Position numbers and translations under genes: made by a program
The notes under the pieces: generated by a model
Databases searched by the model: none
Seen by the model: the letters and a program-made list of their open reading frames with translations, nothing else
Told to the model about the DNA's origin: nothing
In this document: positions 20,220 through 30,878 of the stretch, in pieces
Position numbering within the stretch: position 1 is the first letter of the stretch
Layout of the letters: each line of letters begins with the position of its first letter
Origin: Thecamonas trahens ATCC 50062
Taxonomy: Eukaryota > Protista > Apusomonadida
Length of the DNA: 64,000 nucleotides
Direction of reading: 5' to 3'
NCBI RefSeq assembly: GCF_000142905.1
Contig: NW_013657674.1
Span: 567,278 to 631,277, forward strand

Positions 20220-23200
20220 TCAGCCCTCGACAATGATGTCGGCCGCGACGGCGAGCGCCGAGTCGAGAAGATAGTCGCCGCGGTTTGACCGGAGGTGGGC
20301 AAGGGTCGCTTCGGCGAGGACGTCAGGAGCAATCTGGGACACCCCGTGCGGGGCAGCACCGGTAAAGACAAGCGAGAAGCCGGAGAGGAGATCGAGGCTG
20401 ACGGTGGGACCCATGGCGCCGCCGGATGCGCCGTCGGCGACGATGACACCGAGCGAGTGCTCGCGGACGAGATGGAGCCAGAGCTCGGTGGCGCCAACGG
20501 CGCCAGCAGAGGCGAGAGTGACGAGCTTGACGCCGCGCGAGGCGAGACGGCCCATCCACGGTGCGCCGCCGATGTACCACTGCGAGGCCTCGAGTGCGTG
20601 CGACCGCGGGTGGGCCGGCGCCGGAAAGTACATGGCCGGCGCGGGCAGGCGGGCCGCGGAGGAGAAAAAGGCTTGTGCGATGAGGGCAAGGTCGAGACCG
20701 GCCGGGTGGCGGACGTCGACGACAACGACCCGGACAGAGTCAAGTGTCCCGGATTCCATCCACTCTGTCCAGAGCTGTGGCGTGAGCTGAGCGGCAGCGA
20801 TGACAGCGACGCCCGGGCGCGGAAACGAGAGCGGCCCAGAGGCAACGACGCGATGGAGGCGGGAGATCTTGAGCGAGCGGACGAGGATGCGGGGAGAAGT
20901 GGGACGGCCTGGGCCCGGGTCGACCTCTACCCGTAGCGGCTGGTGCTTTGTGCCGAGCGTCAGCTGGGCGAGAACGCGCGAGACCATGTGCTCGCGGGTG
21001 GATGCAGAGACGTAGACAGCGAGCTCCTGGAGAAGTTCAGCGGCGGGCACACCCTCGAGGGTGACGATGACGTCGCCGACGGCAAGGTCACAGCCCGGGT
21101 AGATCCGGGTGACGACAAGCAAGCCGTCGATCCAGCGCCACTCAAAGGGGAGGACGTAGAGGCGGCGGGCGTGCGAGACGTGCGAGACGCTGGCCTGGCC
21201 ATCGAGGACACGATGGACGGCGTGGCGGAGGGTGTCGAGAAAAGCGTCGAGCGAGTCATCGACAGCGGCATCAAGGAGGGTGTCGGTGAGGACAGCCCGC
21301 CACTCGGAGGAGAACATGGGATCGGGCCACTGGGCGGCGACGGCCGGCGAAAAGTAGGTGAGCGCTGTCCACATCTCGACAACAATGGTGAGCCGGGCGT
21401 AGAGCGAGAGCGCGGTGGGGAGGTAGAGGGCGTCAACGGCGGAGATGCGGAGACCACCGTCGTCGTCTTCGACAAAGCCATCACCCACCAGATCACTGTC
21501 GGACGAGTCGGACGAGCGCGCGCCGTCGCCGTAGGCAGCCTTGGCAAGGAGGGCGTCGGCGTGGCTGGCGACGGTGTCCGGAGCCGGCGGGCCGGCATCT
21601 GCTGGCAGTGTAAAGCCTGCGGCGTTGACATAGACAACGGTTGGCAGAGCCATGCCGATGCCGCGACCGATGTCCTCAGCGATGTAGTGCGAGCGCGGGT
21701 CGGCCGGATCGAAGGCGTGGCGCCATGAGGTGGCCGGACGCGCGTGGAAGGACTCGGCTTGCGGCGAGAGCTCGGGTGAGGTTGACGGCGGCGGCGCCGG
21801 CGGGAGCTCTTCGGCGGTGAGGACGACAAAGGCCTTGCTCTCTGGCCGGGACTGGGACGAGGTCGAGTAGCGGATGCGCGAGTCGGCCTCAGGTGCGGAC
21901 GGCTGCAACTGCCAGCCGACGAGCGAGTTGTCGGCCATGTCGAGGTTGACAAAGTGGTCGCGACCGTCAACAGCAAACGAGGCCGAGGTGGCAGGAACTT
22001 CAAAGTGCGGAGCGACAAGCTCGAGGGTGCCGATGCCCTTGAGCAGAAAGCCAATGACAAGAGTGGCAGCATCGGCAGGGACGCGGCCCTGGATGTGGTA
22101 CTCGGTAAAGGGCGTGGTGCCCGAGATGGGCTCGTCGTCCATGGCCTCGAGCGAAAGGTAGAGGCCGGCGTGGGTCACGACGCCGACGATCATGTGGACA
22201 ACAACACGACCGCGAGTGGCGAGAAAGGCTGAGAAAAGGTACGGCGCGCCAGCAAACGGCGTGGCGTCGGTCTCTTGCGCCAGTAGCGCAGAGTACGGTG
22301 GGGTGGCAAGGGCGGCCGACCGGGTCAGCCGAGCTGACGAGAAGAACGACGACGGCGGGCCGAGCCCACGCACGCCAAGCCCGTGGTGTCGCCAGCGAAC
22401 GGCATCTGCGGCTGCAGCATAGTCGGCGCGCATGTCAAGGCTCATAGCCTCTTGTGGCGTGTCGACGTAGATGGCGAGGAGCGGGGCAGCCGGGCCAAAG
22501 AGCATGGCGAGGGCGGCGGCGAGCTTGGTAGGCGTGATGGCGTGGAGGGCCTGGACGACCCCCGAGTGTAGGAGCTCATCCCACGGCGTGGCCGCCGCCT
22601 CGTCGGAGGGGTGGAAGAAGCGGAGTACAGCGTAGAGATGGGCGAGCACGGTCATGTTGAGCAGCTGAATCTCGTTGAGCGGCGCCGGCGGAACAAGGAG
22701 GTGCTTGAGAGCGCCAAAGGAGCGGAACTGAAGCGAGCGAAAGGCAACCCGGACATCAGCGTCCGGTGCCACCCAGTGGAGGCCCGGGACAAGGCATAGG
22801 CCGATGGTGATGTATAGGGCCGAGTCCGAAACAGGCGCGATGACCAGAAGCTCAGCCTGAGGCGCGGCCTCCTCCAGCACCGGCGAGAGGGCAGTGTTGA
22901 AGACAAGTGGCGTGAGCGGAGCACCGGCACCATCGACCCTCACAAACAGCGCGCCCGCGCCTGCAGCCACGGCACGATCCCTCATGACCGCCGCTGGAAT
23001 CAGCACCGACATTCGCTGAGCGCCACCGGCGCCAACCTTGCCCACCACCGACTGCATCCGCTTGAGGCCCGGCGGCCTATGTGGTGACGATGACGACGAC
23101 CCAGCAGAGGCAGCGGTGACGGAAGGCGTGGTGGCGATCGATGCAGAGGACAAGGCAGAAGGAGCGAGGAGAGCCGTAGCGCGAAAGGCGACAAAGGAGC

Positions 23201-23237
23201 CACGAAAGGAACGAGCATCAAAGGACTGGATGATCAT
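20220..23237 (-). CDS. Bacterial-type S41 peptidase-like protein (PDZ-like plus S41 domain), probably inactive
   Basis: HLYAVLRFFHPSDEAAATPWD, WTALTYFSP, LPFEWRWIDG..VV...GDVIV, VVVDVR, C-terminal FTG...IAPDV; the expected AISxAE catalytic motif reads AVGATE. Start uncertain (ORF open to 23678). Confidence 0.65.
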   Translation of the reverse strand: MIIQSFDARSFRGSFVAFRATALLAPSALSSASIATTPSVTAASAGSSSSSPHRPPGLKRMQSVVGKVGAGGAQRMSVLIPAAVMRDRAVAAGAGALFVRVDGAGAPLTPLVFNTALSPVLEEAAPQAELLVIAPVSDSALYITIGLCLVPGLHWVAPDADVRVAFRSLQFRSFGALKHLLVPPAPLNEIQLLNMTVLAHLYAVLRFFHPSDEAAATPWDELLHSGVVQALHAITPTKLAAALAMLFGPAAPLLAIYVDTPQEAMSLDMRADYAAAADAVRWRHHGLGVRGLGPPSSFFSSARLTRSAALATPPYSALLAQETDATPFAGAPYLFSAFLATRGRVVVHMIVGVVTHAGLYLSLEAMDDEPISGTTPFTEYHIQGRVPADAATLVIGFLLKGIGTLELVAPHFEVPATSASFAVDGRDHFVNLDMADNSLVGWQLQPSAPEADSRIRYSTSSQSRPESKAFVVLTAEELPPAPPPSTSPELSPQAESFHARPATSWRHAFDPADPRSHYIAEDIGRGIGMALPTVVYVNAAGFTLPADAGPPAPDTVASHADALLAKAAYGDGARSSDSSDSDLVGDGFVEDDDGGLRISAVDALYLPTALSLYARLTIVVEMWTALTYFSPAVAAQWPDPMFSSEWRAVLTDTLLDAAVDDSLDAFLDTLRHAVHRVLDGQASVSHVSHARRLYVLPFEWRWIDGLLVVTRIYPGCDLAVGDVIVTLEGVPAAELLQELAVYVSASTREHMVSRVLAQLTLGTKHQPLRVEVDPGPGRPTSPRILVRSLKISRLHRVVASGPLSFPRPGVAVIAAAQLTPQLWTEWMESGTLDSVRVVVVDVRHPAGLDLALIAQAFFSSAARLPAPAMYFPAPAHPRSHALEASQWYIGGAPWMGRLASRGVKLVTLASAGAVGATELWLHLVREHSLGVIVADGASGGAMGPTVSLDLLSGFSLVFTGAAPHGVSQIAPDVLAEATLAHLRSNRGDYLLDSALAVAADIIVEG

Positions 23238-23318
23238 GGGTGGATGGTGTGCCGTGCGATCTGTGTGTGTCCGACCGAGAACGACAGCCAAAGTGCGGGC
23301 GGAGGGCAAGCCAGCTTC

Positions 23319-23425
23319 CCCTGGCCCTGGCCCTGGCCCTGGCCCTGGCCCTGGCCCTGGCCCTGGCCCTGGCCCTGGCCCTGGCCCTGGCCCTGGCCCT
23401 GGCCCTGGCCCTGGCCCTGGCCCTG
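23319..23425. repeat. (CCCTGG)~18 hexamer microsatellite; GATCAT/GATCGT repeats follow at ~23617-23735
   Basis: Perfect tandem hexamer visible in the sequence. Confidence 0.95.
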
Positions 23426-24241
23426 CGACATGGCGAGTTGCGTATGGGTGCTGGGCGGAGTGTGCCACACTGCAGGCCGACTCTTCCCGCTCTTGCTCTC
23501 CAGTATCAAGTTCTGTGGTCCCTCGCCTATCGACGGTGAGAAGAAGAGGATGGCATGTGACGAGGGAGTGGTCATGCCAGGGGGGGGGAGGGGGGGGGAG
23601 GGGAGGTGGTGAGTGAGGTGATCGATCGTGATCATGATCATGATCATGATGGCCAATCGTGATCGTGCTCGATCGCAATCATAATGCTCGCCGTGATCGT
23701 GATCGTGATCGATCGTGATGGTGATCACGCATGGTCAATCGATGGTCGATGGTCTACTGGAATATAAAGGAAGATGATGGAGTGGTGTGGAGGGAGAAGA
23801 GAGAGCAGCAAGAGCTGCAGGGCAGTGGTTGGAGTGATCGAACAAGAGCGGCTCTCGTGCTGATCTTGCAGGGGCGGCAGGTAGCGTAGCTGAAGGCCGC
23901 AGAGCGAGAGGGTTAGGAGTGTGAGCAGGCAGAAACCTTTCTCCGGGCATGAACCAGCTTTGTTGCAGTTCTACAGAGTGTCGATGGCGTGAGGAAGGTC
24001 GCGATGGGTGGCAATGGGCGCGATGGTCGCTGAGCAACAGGGCACAACAAAAAGACAGATCATGTTTTTCGCGTCGGACAGAGGCATTGCGGTGACATAG
24101 TAAACATTGGGCGACGTTTTGGCGGCGATGGAAATGTCGATGGCTGCGGCCAGCGATCTTTGCAAGGGGCCGGAGCAGCCAAGGCGTGTGGTGTTCGTAG
24201 TGTGCAAAACATGGATTTACGCAGTGCTGGTGAGAGCAAAG

Positions 24242-25540
24242 CTAGTCGATGTCGATGTCGTCCCAGTCGATGTCAAGCGGGGCTGACTCGATCTTGTCGC
24301 CGGTGCCATCCCACGGCTCGACGTCCGCGAGCGAAGTAGCGGCGAGCTCAAACTCTGCGGTCGGCTCCTTGCCGCGCTGGAGACGGTCGATGAACGAAGT
24401 GAGGCCGTCAAGCGAGACTGCGCCCCGGAAGGTGGCGTAGCGCGACTTGCGGACGTTGACAGCGACGACGGCCGGGTAGCCGGCGTCCATGCGGAAGGCC
24501 TGCTCGAGAGTCGGCTGCTGGAGGGCAGACGACCAGATCCAGCCAAAGCGCGAGGCGGCGCGCTTGGCAGAGAGGGTCTTAAAGACGTCGAGCAGGACGT
24601 TGCGGCCGTCGGCTCCGGTCTCCTCGACAGGTGGAACGACCATGACGAAGCAGAGCTTGCGATCGGTGCATTCGGAGGAGAAGACCGAGCCCGAGGTGAG
24701 CTCTGTGAGGACGGTCGGCTTGTCGACGAGGCTAAGCGCGTAGCTCTCGATGGCCGAGGCGGAGCGCTGACCCTGGTACGGCACAGGCTCGCCGTCGTCC
24801 GAGGAGCCAAAGACGACAATGGTCGGGTAGCCCTGGACGTTGTAGCGGGCGGCGAGCTGGGTGTAAACGGTGGCGTCGACGGCGCCGAGCTTGACCTTGC
24901 CATCGAGGGCAGCGGCGGCCTTTTTCCACTCGGGCTCGAGTGCCTTGCAGTGGCCGCACCATGGGGCAAAGAACTCGACCATCCACACCTCGCCCGAGTC
25001 GATGACGAGCTCGTCAAAGTTGGACTCGTCAAGGTGGACAACGGCGTCGGCCTTGCCCTTGCTCTTGCTCTTGCTCTTGCTCTTGCCCGAGCTTCCACCG
25101 CGGAGCCGCGAGCGAACGAGCTTCTTGGCGGCGTCGAGACCGGCGGCGACGATGGCATCGGCCGTCCGGCCGCCGTTGTAGTCCTCGGGCTGCGAGGTGG
25201 CCGTCGAGAAGATCTTGATGGTGGGGAAGCCCTGGATGCCGAATCGGCCAGCGAGATCGCGATGGGCATCGGCATCGAGAGCGGCGACAGTGACCACGCC
25301 CTTGAGTGCAGAGGCGGCCTTCTTCCACTCGGGCGTCAGCGACTTGCAGTGGCCGCACCACGGGGCGAAGAACTCCAGGAGGACAGGTCCGTCGGCATTG
25401 GTCACCACTGCGTCAAAGTTGGAGGGCGTGACGACGACCACATCGTCGCTGCTCGAGTACAGTCCGTAGCTGGCTGGTATGAGGAGGGTGAGTGTGAGGA
25501 GGACGACAGCAGCTGCTGCTGCGATGACCCGCATGCTCAT
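24242..25540 (-). CDS. PDIA6: Protein disulfide isomerase A6 (P5/ERp5)
   Basis: Signal peptide, LYSSSDDV, two EFFAPWCGHCK thioredoxin domains, P5-type b domain (GYPAVVAVN...), acidic VEPWDG tail. Confidence 0.93.
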   Translation of the reverse strand: MSMRVIAAAAAVVLLTLTLLIPASYGLYSSSDDVVVVTPSNFDAVVTNADGPVLLEFFAPWCGHCKSLTPEWKKAASALKGVVTVAALDADAHRDLAGRFGIQGFPTIKIFSTATSQPEDYNGGRTADAIVAAGLDAAKKLVRSRLRGGSSGKSKSKSKSKGKADAVVHLDESNFDELVIDSGEVWMVEFFAPWCGHCKALEPEWKKAAAALDGKVKLGAVDATVYTQLAARYNVQGYPTIVVFGSSDDGEPVPYQGQRSASAIESYALSLVDKPTVLTELTSGSVFSSECTDRKLCFVMVVPPVEETGADGRNVLLDVFKTLSAKRAASRFGWIWSSALQQPTLEQAFRMDAGYPAVVAVNVRKSRYATFRGAVSLDGLTSFIDRLQRGKEPTAEFELAATSLADVEPWDGTGDKIESAPLDIDWDDIDID

Positions 25541-25619
25541 GCTGGTGTTCGTGAAGACAAGTCGAGTGGAGTGTGTGTCTCTGGTGAGGTCAGCTGTTTT
25601 TAGGTGATTGTTTGTTGAT

Positions 25620-25985
25620 GGGACTGATCGAATGCGAGGGATCGGTGGCGAGGGCTACGAGGGATCGGTGGCGAAGGCTACGAGGGATGGGTGGCGAGGG
25701 CTACGACTGATTGGTGGCGAGGGCTACGACTGATCGAATGCGAGGGCTACGACTGATCGGTGGCGAGGGCTACGAGGGATCGGTGGCGAGGGCTACGACT
25801 GATCGGTGGCGAAGGCTACGACTGATCGAATGTGAGGGCTACGAGGGATGGGTGGCGAGGGCTAAGACTGATCGGTGTCGAGGGCTACGACTGATCGGTG
25901 GCGAGGGCTACGACTGATTGGTGGCGAGGGCTACGACTGATCGGTGGCGAGGGCTACGATTGATCGAATGCGAGGGCTATGATTG
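25620..25985. repeat. 23-bp minisatellite (gactgatcggtggcgagggctac and variants), ~15 copies, in a divergent intergenic region
   Basis: Tandem units with about three interleaved variants between PDIA6 and the 26123 gene. Confidence 0.9.
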
Positions 25986-26122
25986 TTTGTTGATGGGAAT
26001 AATCGTTGGCCAAAATCCGTCGCCTTTCAGCCGTTGGCAGACAACGGCCGTTGAGCGCGGCAGCCACCGACAACGACAGCGACGGAGCAGCAAAGACGGG
26101 ACAGACTTGACTCACGGGCCGG

Positions 26123-27808
26123 ATGGGCAAGAAGGGCAGCAGCAGCAGCAAGAAGAAGAGCAACGGCTCCAAGACTACCAAGAAGGCCTATGGGGAGCAC
26201 TCGGCCTCGGAATCGCCCGACACGGTGACCTACGTGGCGCGCAAGTCCAAGGGCAAGTCCAAGGGCAAGTCCAAGAGCAAGTCCAAGGGCAAGTCCAAGG
26301 GCAAGTCCAAGGGCAAGTCCAAGGGCAAGTCACGTGACGTTGCATCGTCGAGCTCTGGCTATGGTCATGGCTTTGCTGTTGAAGATCCGAATGCCTTTGC
26401 TGCCTACGCATCGCGGCTTTATGCTACGGCGGCGGCCAACGGCGGCGCGGCTGGCGGTGGTCCTGGTATGATGATGTATGGTGGCGGACTCTCGCCGCAG
26501 GCTGCTGGTGCTGCCGTCGAGCAGATTCTTTACGATCTCGGCGCAGAGACCTCGTCGTCGGCTGTGGAGCACATTCTGCGGAGCGCGCACTTTCCGCTCA
26601 CAGAGGCCGGTTTTGTCGCCCTTGCTGCCGAGGTTGTCGCCTCGTCACAGGCGCCTTCGGGCCGCCGTCGTCGTCGGCGGCGGCACCACAGCTCGGGCTC
26701 GTCAACGACCGCGTCGTCCTCGTCGTCGGGCTACTCGTTCCTCGACCACGGTCCGCAGCGGGCTGGTGCGCACGCGCCATACTACCCGGCGGCGGCTGGC
26801 CACCCGTATGGCGGCGGCGCACCGGGCTACGCACCGGGCTACGGTGGCGGGATGAGCAAGGAGCAGCGGAAGCAGATGCACAAGTGGGAGAAGGCCCGCA
26901 CAGCGGCAGCCGCCAAGGCTGCCGAGGCACAGGCTGAGGCAGCAGCGGCGGCGATGGAGGCGCGGGCCGAGGCCGTGGCCGCCGAGCAGAAACGGCGGAC
27001 CAAGGTGGCCAAGGAGCAGGCCAAGGCGGCGCGGGCCATGGCCGACGCCCGGGTCGACGCCCATGCCAAGCGCATTGCGGCCGAGGGCAAGCGGCTCCGG
27101 AAGCGCATCGAGTTTGTGGCCAAGGAGACCGAGAAGCGTCGTGACGCAGCTCAGGAGGCCCAGCTGCGGGCCGAGGCTGCTGCAGCGCGGGTGGCCGAGA
27201 AGCGCCGGCTGTACGAGGTCGAGCGCCGCGAGGCGCTTGCTGCGCAGATTGTCGACGCTCACGAGGCCCGTATTACCGCCGCCAAGACCGCGTGGAAGAC
27301 CGCGCGCGAGGCGCACGACGAGCGCGTCGCTGAGGCTGCCAAGCTGCAGAAGAAGGCGCGCAAGGCCGCGCGCAAGGAGGCCGAGCGCCGCGCCGAGCTC
27401 ATCGAGCACCAGCGCGAGGCCGCCGCCAACATGGCTGCCGAGCGCGCCGAGGCTGCCCTCGCCCACCGAAAGGCCGCCGCCGAGGCCGCCCGCGCCGCCG
27501 CCGACGAGCGCGCCGCTGCCATGGCCGCTGCTGCTGCCGCCGCCGCAGACCACCGTGCCAAGGCCGAGAAGGCTGCCGCCGCCCGCGCCAAGGCCTATGC
27601 CGACGCCGTCGCCGAGCGGCAGGCCGCCGCCGAGAAGGAGCGCAAGCGTCAGGCCAAGGCCCAGGCCAAGGCCATGGCCGCCGCCGAGAAGGAGCGCAAA
27701 CGCCAGGCCGCCGCCTATGCCAAGCAACAGAAGCGGATGATGAGGCAGAACAATGTCCGCGCTCGCCACGGCCGCTACCCGGTCGGCTACGCTGTCGACT
27801 CATCATCA

Positions 27809-27839
<31 letters not shown>

Positions 27840-27841
27840 AG
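26123..27841 (+). CDS. Low-complexity Lys/Ser- and Ala/Glu/Lys/Arg-rich helical (coiled-coil or single alpha-helix) protein
   Basis: 572-aa ORF with coding-like codon use, (KSKG)n tract, ~300-aa A/E/K/R helix, poly-Ser tail. Confidence 0.75.
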
Positions 27842-27863
27842 TTTCCTGTTTACTCGCACCACA

Positions 27864-28937
27864 TCACACAGTCTCGAGCTCCACGGCCTTAAAGTACTCG
27901 TCCTCGGGTACGCCGGCGAGGTCCGATGGGTAGATGCCGCGGTCGGCCATCTCAGCCTTGACCCGCTCAAAGTAGGTCTCGTCCGGGTAGCCAAACGAGG
28001 TGGCACCGCCGTACGTGTTGGTCTTGGCATGGATACCAGCCCAGACAACGCAATCCTCGCAGCCAGTCGTCACCGAGGTGCCGACGGTGAACATGTGCCG
28101 GCGGATAAAAGCGAGGCGGAGGAGGCCGAGAACCTCGCGGCCCTCGGGTGTGTCCGGCAGATAAGCCGCCCGGTAGGTGCCGTAGTACGGGCGGCCCGGG
28201 TGGTAGTGCGCCTCGGTCTGGGTTCCGTCCGGAAACGAGTACGAGATCTCGATGGTGCCGTCCGACTCAAAGCCCGAGATCGGGTTGTCGCCCGGCGGGT
28301 AGCGCGAGACCCGGAACGTGCCGCCTGGCATGTTGCCGATGAGCGTGCCACAGATGGCACCACAGACGGGGCACTTTTGCGTCCCGCACTCGATCCAGCG
28401 TGTAATGCACGCCCGATGAAAGTAGTGCTTCCAACCGCATGGCGCGAGGCGGACAAGCGCGCCATCGCCGGGCGCCTCAAAGTGGCCGATCTCGTGCACA
28501 TCGTCCATGCACACCGAGCACGTCTCGACATGATGATTGTCTTTGCCGTGGATAGCGCCCTCGGCATGGACACCGTCCGGGTACACAAACGCCTCGACAC
28601 CGTCGGCGAGCGAGATGGCGTTGAGCGAGTTGGTGGCAAAGTCGACAAAGGCCGAGTTGGGGTACGCCAGCGAGATGACGACGGGCCAGCTGATATCGTC
28701 GAGCGTCTTGGTGCCCATAATTTCGAGCGATGCCTTGTCCTTCCCGCTGCTCAGCTTGTCCACCATCGCTCGGCTCAGGCTCACCCGCACCACATCGTCG
28801 TTGGCAAGGCCGAGCTCAGCCTCGATGACCACCTCAGTATTGACCTCGACGCTCCCGTTCGCCACCAGCTCGTGTGTCTCTGCTTCTCCGAGCTGTGTCA
28901 CCTGTGCCAGCCATTCACCCAGTGTCGTGCTTGCCAT
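27864..28937 (-). CDS. Deltex-type E3 ubiquitin ligase (RING-H2 plus Deltex C-terminal domain, no WWE; DTX3-like)
   Basis: CSVC...C..KHYFHRAC...CPVC; GNMPGG, GTQTEAHYHPG..Y.GT.R.AYLPD..EG, FTVGTSVTTG, VVWAGIHAKT, FGYPD. Confidence 0.92.
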   Translation of the reverse strand: MASTTLGEWLAQVTQLGEAETHELVANGSVEVNTEVVIEAELGLANDDVVRVSLSRAMVDKLSSGKDKASLEIMGTKTLDDISWPVVISLAYPNSAFVDFATNSLNAISLADGVEAFVYPDGVHAEGAIHGKDNHHVETCSVCMDDVHEIGHFEAPGDGALVRLAPCGWKHYFHRACITRWIECGTQKCPVCGAICGTLIGNMPGGTFRVSRYPPGDNPISGFESDGTIEISYSFPDGTQTEAHYHPGRPYYGTYRAAYLPDTPEGREVLGLLRLAFIRRHMFTVGTSVTTGCEDCVVWAGIHAKTNTYGGATSFGYPDETYFERVKAEMADRGIYPSDLAGVPEDEYFKAVELETV

Positions 28938-29009
28938 GTTTGTGTGTGTGTGTGGGGGGGGGGGGTGAGGTGCCGGGGGGGAGAGGTGAAAGGAAGGGGA
29001 ATGGAACAG

Positions 29010-29351
29010 GTTGTGTGGCTGGCGGGAACGATTGTTGAAACGAGAGTTAATCGAGTGATTGTGTGGCTGGCGGGAACGATTGTTGAAACGAGAGTTAATC
29101 GAGTGATTGTGTGGCTGGCGGGAACGATTGTTGAAACGAGAGTTAATCGAGTGATTGTGTGGCTGGCGGGAACGATTGTTGAAACGAGAGTTAATCGAGT
29201 GATTGTGTGGCTGGCGGGAACGATTGTTGAAACGAGAGTTAATCGAGTGATTGGGTGTGTGGCGGGAACGATTGTTGAAACGAGAGTTAATCGAGTGATT
29301 GGGTGTGTGGCGGGGAACGATTGTTGAAACAAAAGTTAATCGAGTGATTGG
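29010..29351. repeat. 48-bp minisatellite (gtgtggctggcgggaacgattgttgaaacgagagttaatcgagtgatt), 7 copies
   Basis: Near-identical tandem units, no spacers, between Deltex and the divergent small gene. Confidence 0.93.
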
Positions 29352-29406
29352 GAGTGTGTGTGTGTGTGGGGGGGCGGGCACGCCAACCAACTCGTCTCCA
29401 CCTTCC

Positions 29407-29843
29407 ATGGCCTCAACCTCAGGTGGTACGCCCCCTCCCTCCCCTCCTTCCCCTCCTCCCCCTCACCCCCCACCCTCACTTACTCCTCTTTACACACCGC
29501 AGTTGACTACGCTGAGATTGGTGGCCGCGTCCAGCTGGTGGTTGGTGAGCACGCCGTCGGCTTTGCTCTCTCATCGCTCCCACCTGATCTGCACCGGCCG
29601 CAGTATGTCGAGTGTGAGCCGCTGTACGAGTGTGCCGCGGAGAGGGCGTACCTAGCTGCTTTACCGAACGATCCCGATCTGCGTCAGCGAGAAGCCGAGC
29701 AGTCACTCGCCATGTTTGCCTCCTCGTCCTCGTCAAAGGGCCTCACGCCGCCGGCCAGACGATCGCCGCACCCTTCGTCGACATCCTCCACTCCTCGCGG
29801 CCTGCTCATCGAGCTCGATGATGTCCCTCCACCCGCGAGCTAG
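29407..29843 (+). CDS. Small hypothetical protein; intron 29426-29502
   Basis: ATG GCC TCA ACC TCA GGT G|gtacgc...pyrimidine-rich...cgcag|TT GAC joins in frame to DYAEIGGRVQLVVGEH... Confidence 0.55.
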
Positions 29844-29956
29844 CTGCCGCATACTTACCTGATCTCATCCTCCATGCCCACTCTCCTGCACGGCAAGCCC
29901 ATCTTTACCTTCCCTCTCCTTTGACTGGCCAGCTGCTGCCGCCGCCAGTACAGCGA

Positions 29957-30575
29957 TCAGAGCGCACTGGTCCTTCCACGGTTGTTGAACGTGGCAAACG
30001 CAGCCCTGTTGTGGATGGAAGATGGTACAGTCTTTGCGTAGTGCGCCTCGATGGCGATGGGAGTGAGCGGGCCGGCCGACGCGTAGATCGCCGCCACCAG
30101 AATCCCAGCTGCCACGAATACCTCGGCCACCACATCCATCGGCAGGCCCGAATACTCTTCGTGCGCCAACCTCAGATGGTGGCGATCTATTCACACCCGT
30201 ACATCCACCGCCAACCGGCCAACCACCACCGGCCGCTCACCCCTCCTCCCCGCATCTTGAGGATCACCACACCAGAGACCACTCATCACCTATCAATCAG
30301 CCATAAACCTTCCTTTGTCGTCGGCCCCTTCATCCCCCTCGCATCCTCTCAGCCTCCCTTGACCCCGACCCCATCCCTTGTCGGTCCTCTCAGCCCCGAC
30401 CTTCTCCTCCCCCACTCCCCCCCCCCCCCTCCCCTCCCTCCCGCCCCCCTTCCCTTCCCCCCCCCCTCTCACGTACACTGCACCGTGGAGTAGGCAGCAT
30501 GGGCAAGGAGAACCCCCCCCCCTTCCCTCCCTCCCCCGCCGTCATCAAGCCTCTTCGTACTCTCCCTTCGCGCAT
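29957..30575 (-). CDS. EMC5: EMC5/MMGT1 (ER membrane complex subunit 5); intron 30187-30476; 5' end disrupted in a poly-G tract
   Basis: Exon VLLAHAAYSTVQ|gtacgt...atag|YRHHLRLAHEEYSGLPMDVVAE...RAAFATFNNRG matches the MMgT family pattern (HAAYS...LPxD...FxxFNxRG). Confidence 0.85.
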
Positions 30576-30878
30576 GTCTCCTGCACCCCATCATCACCAC
30601 CACCTTTCACCAAATCCTCGCTACTTCTTTGTCACCTACATGTTCTTCATCAGGATGATCTTGCTGCACTCGATTAACCTCGTGCAGGCGTCGGGCACTC
30701 GGCAGGCAGAGTGACGACGGAGCATAGAGCGGGGAACCGGGGAGGGGAGAGGTTGGAGGGCAGAGCGCGGGGCGGTGATACTCGACTCGACTCGATTCGC
30801 CTCGGGGCATTTGGGTGACTGATGGGCATGGCCAGAGGAAGCAGACGGCGTACAGGACTGAAGCGAGTGTCACGGGTG

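Noticed and set aside
29010-29351. CRISPR-like array (unit contains GTTGAAAC)
   Set aside because: Whole 48-bp units repeat with no unique spacers, no cas genes, eukaryotic context.
29851-29861. ATACTTACCTG, identical to the U1 snRNA 5' end
   Set aside because: No U1 loop I or loop II motifs or Sm site follow; equally a minus-strand CAG|GTAAGTAT donor or chance.
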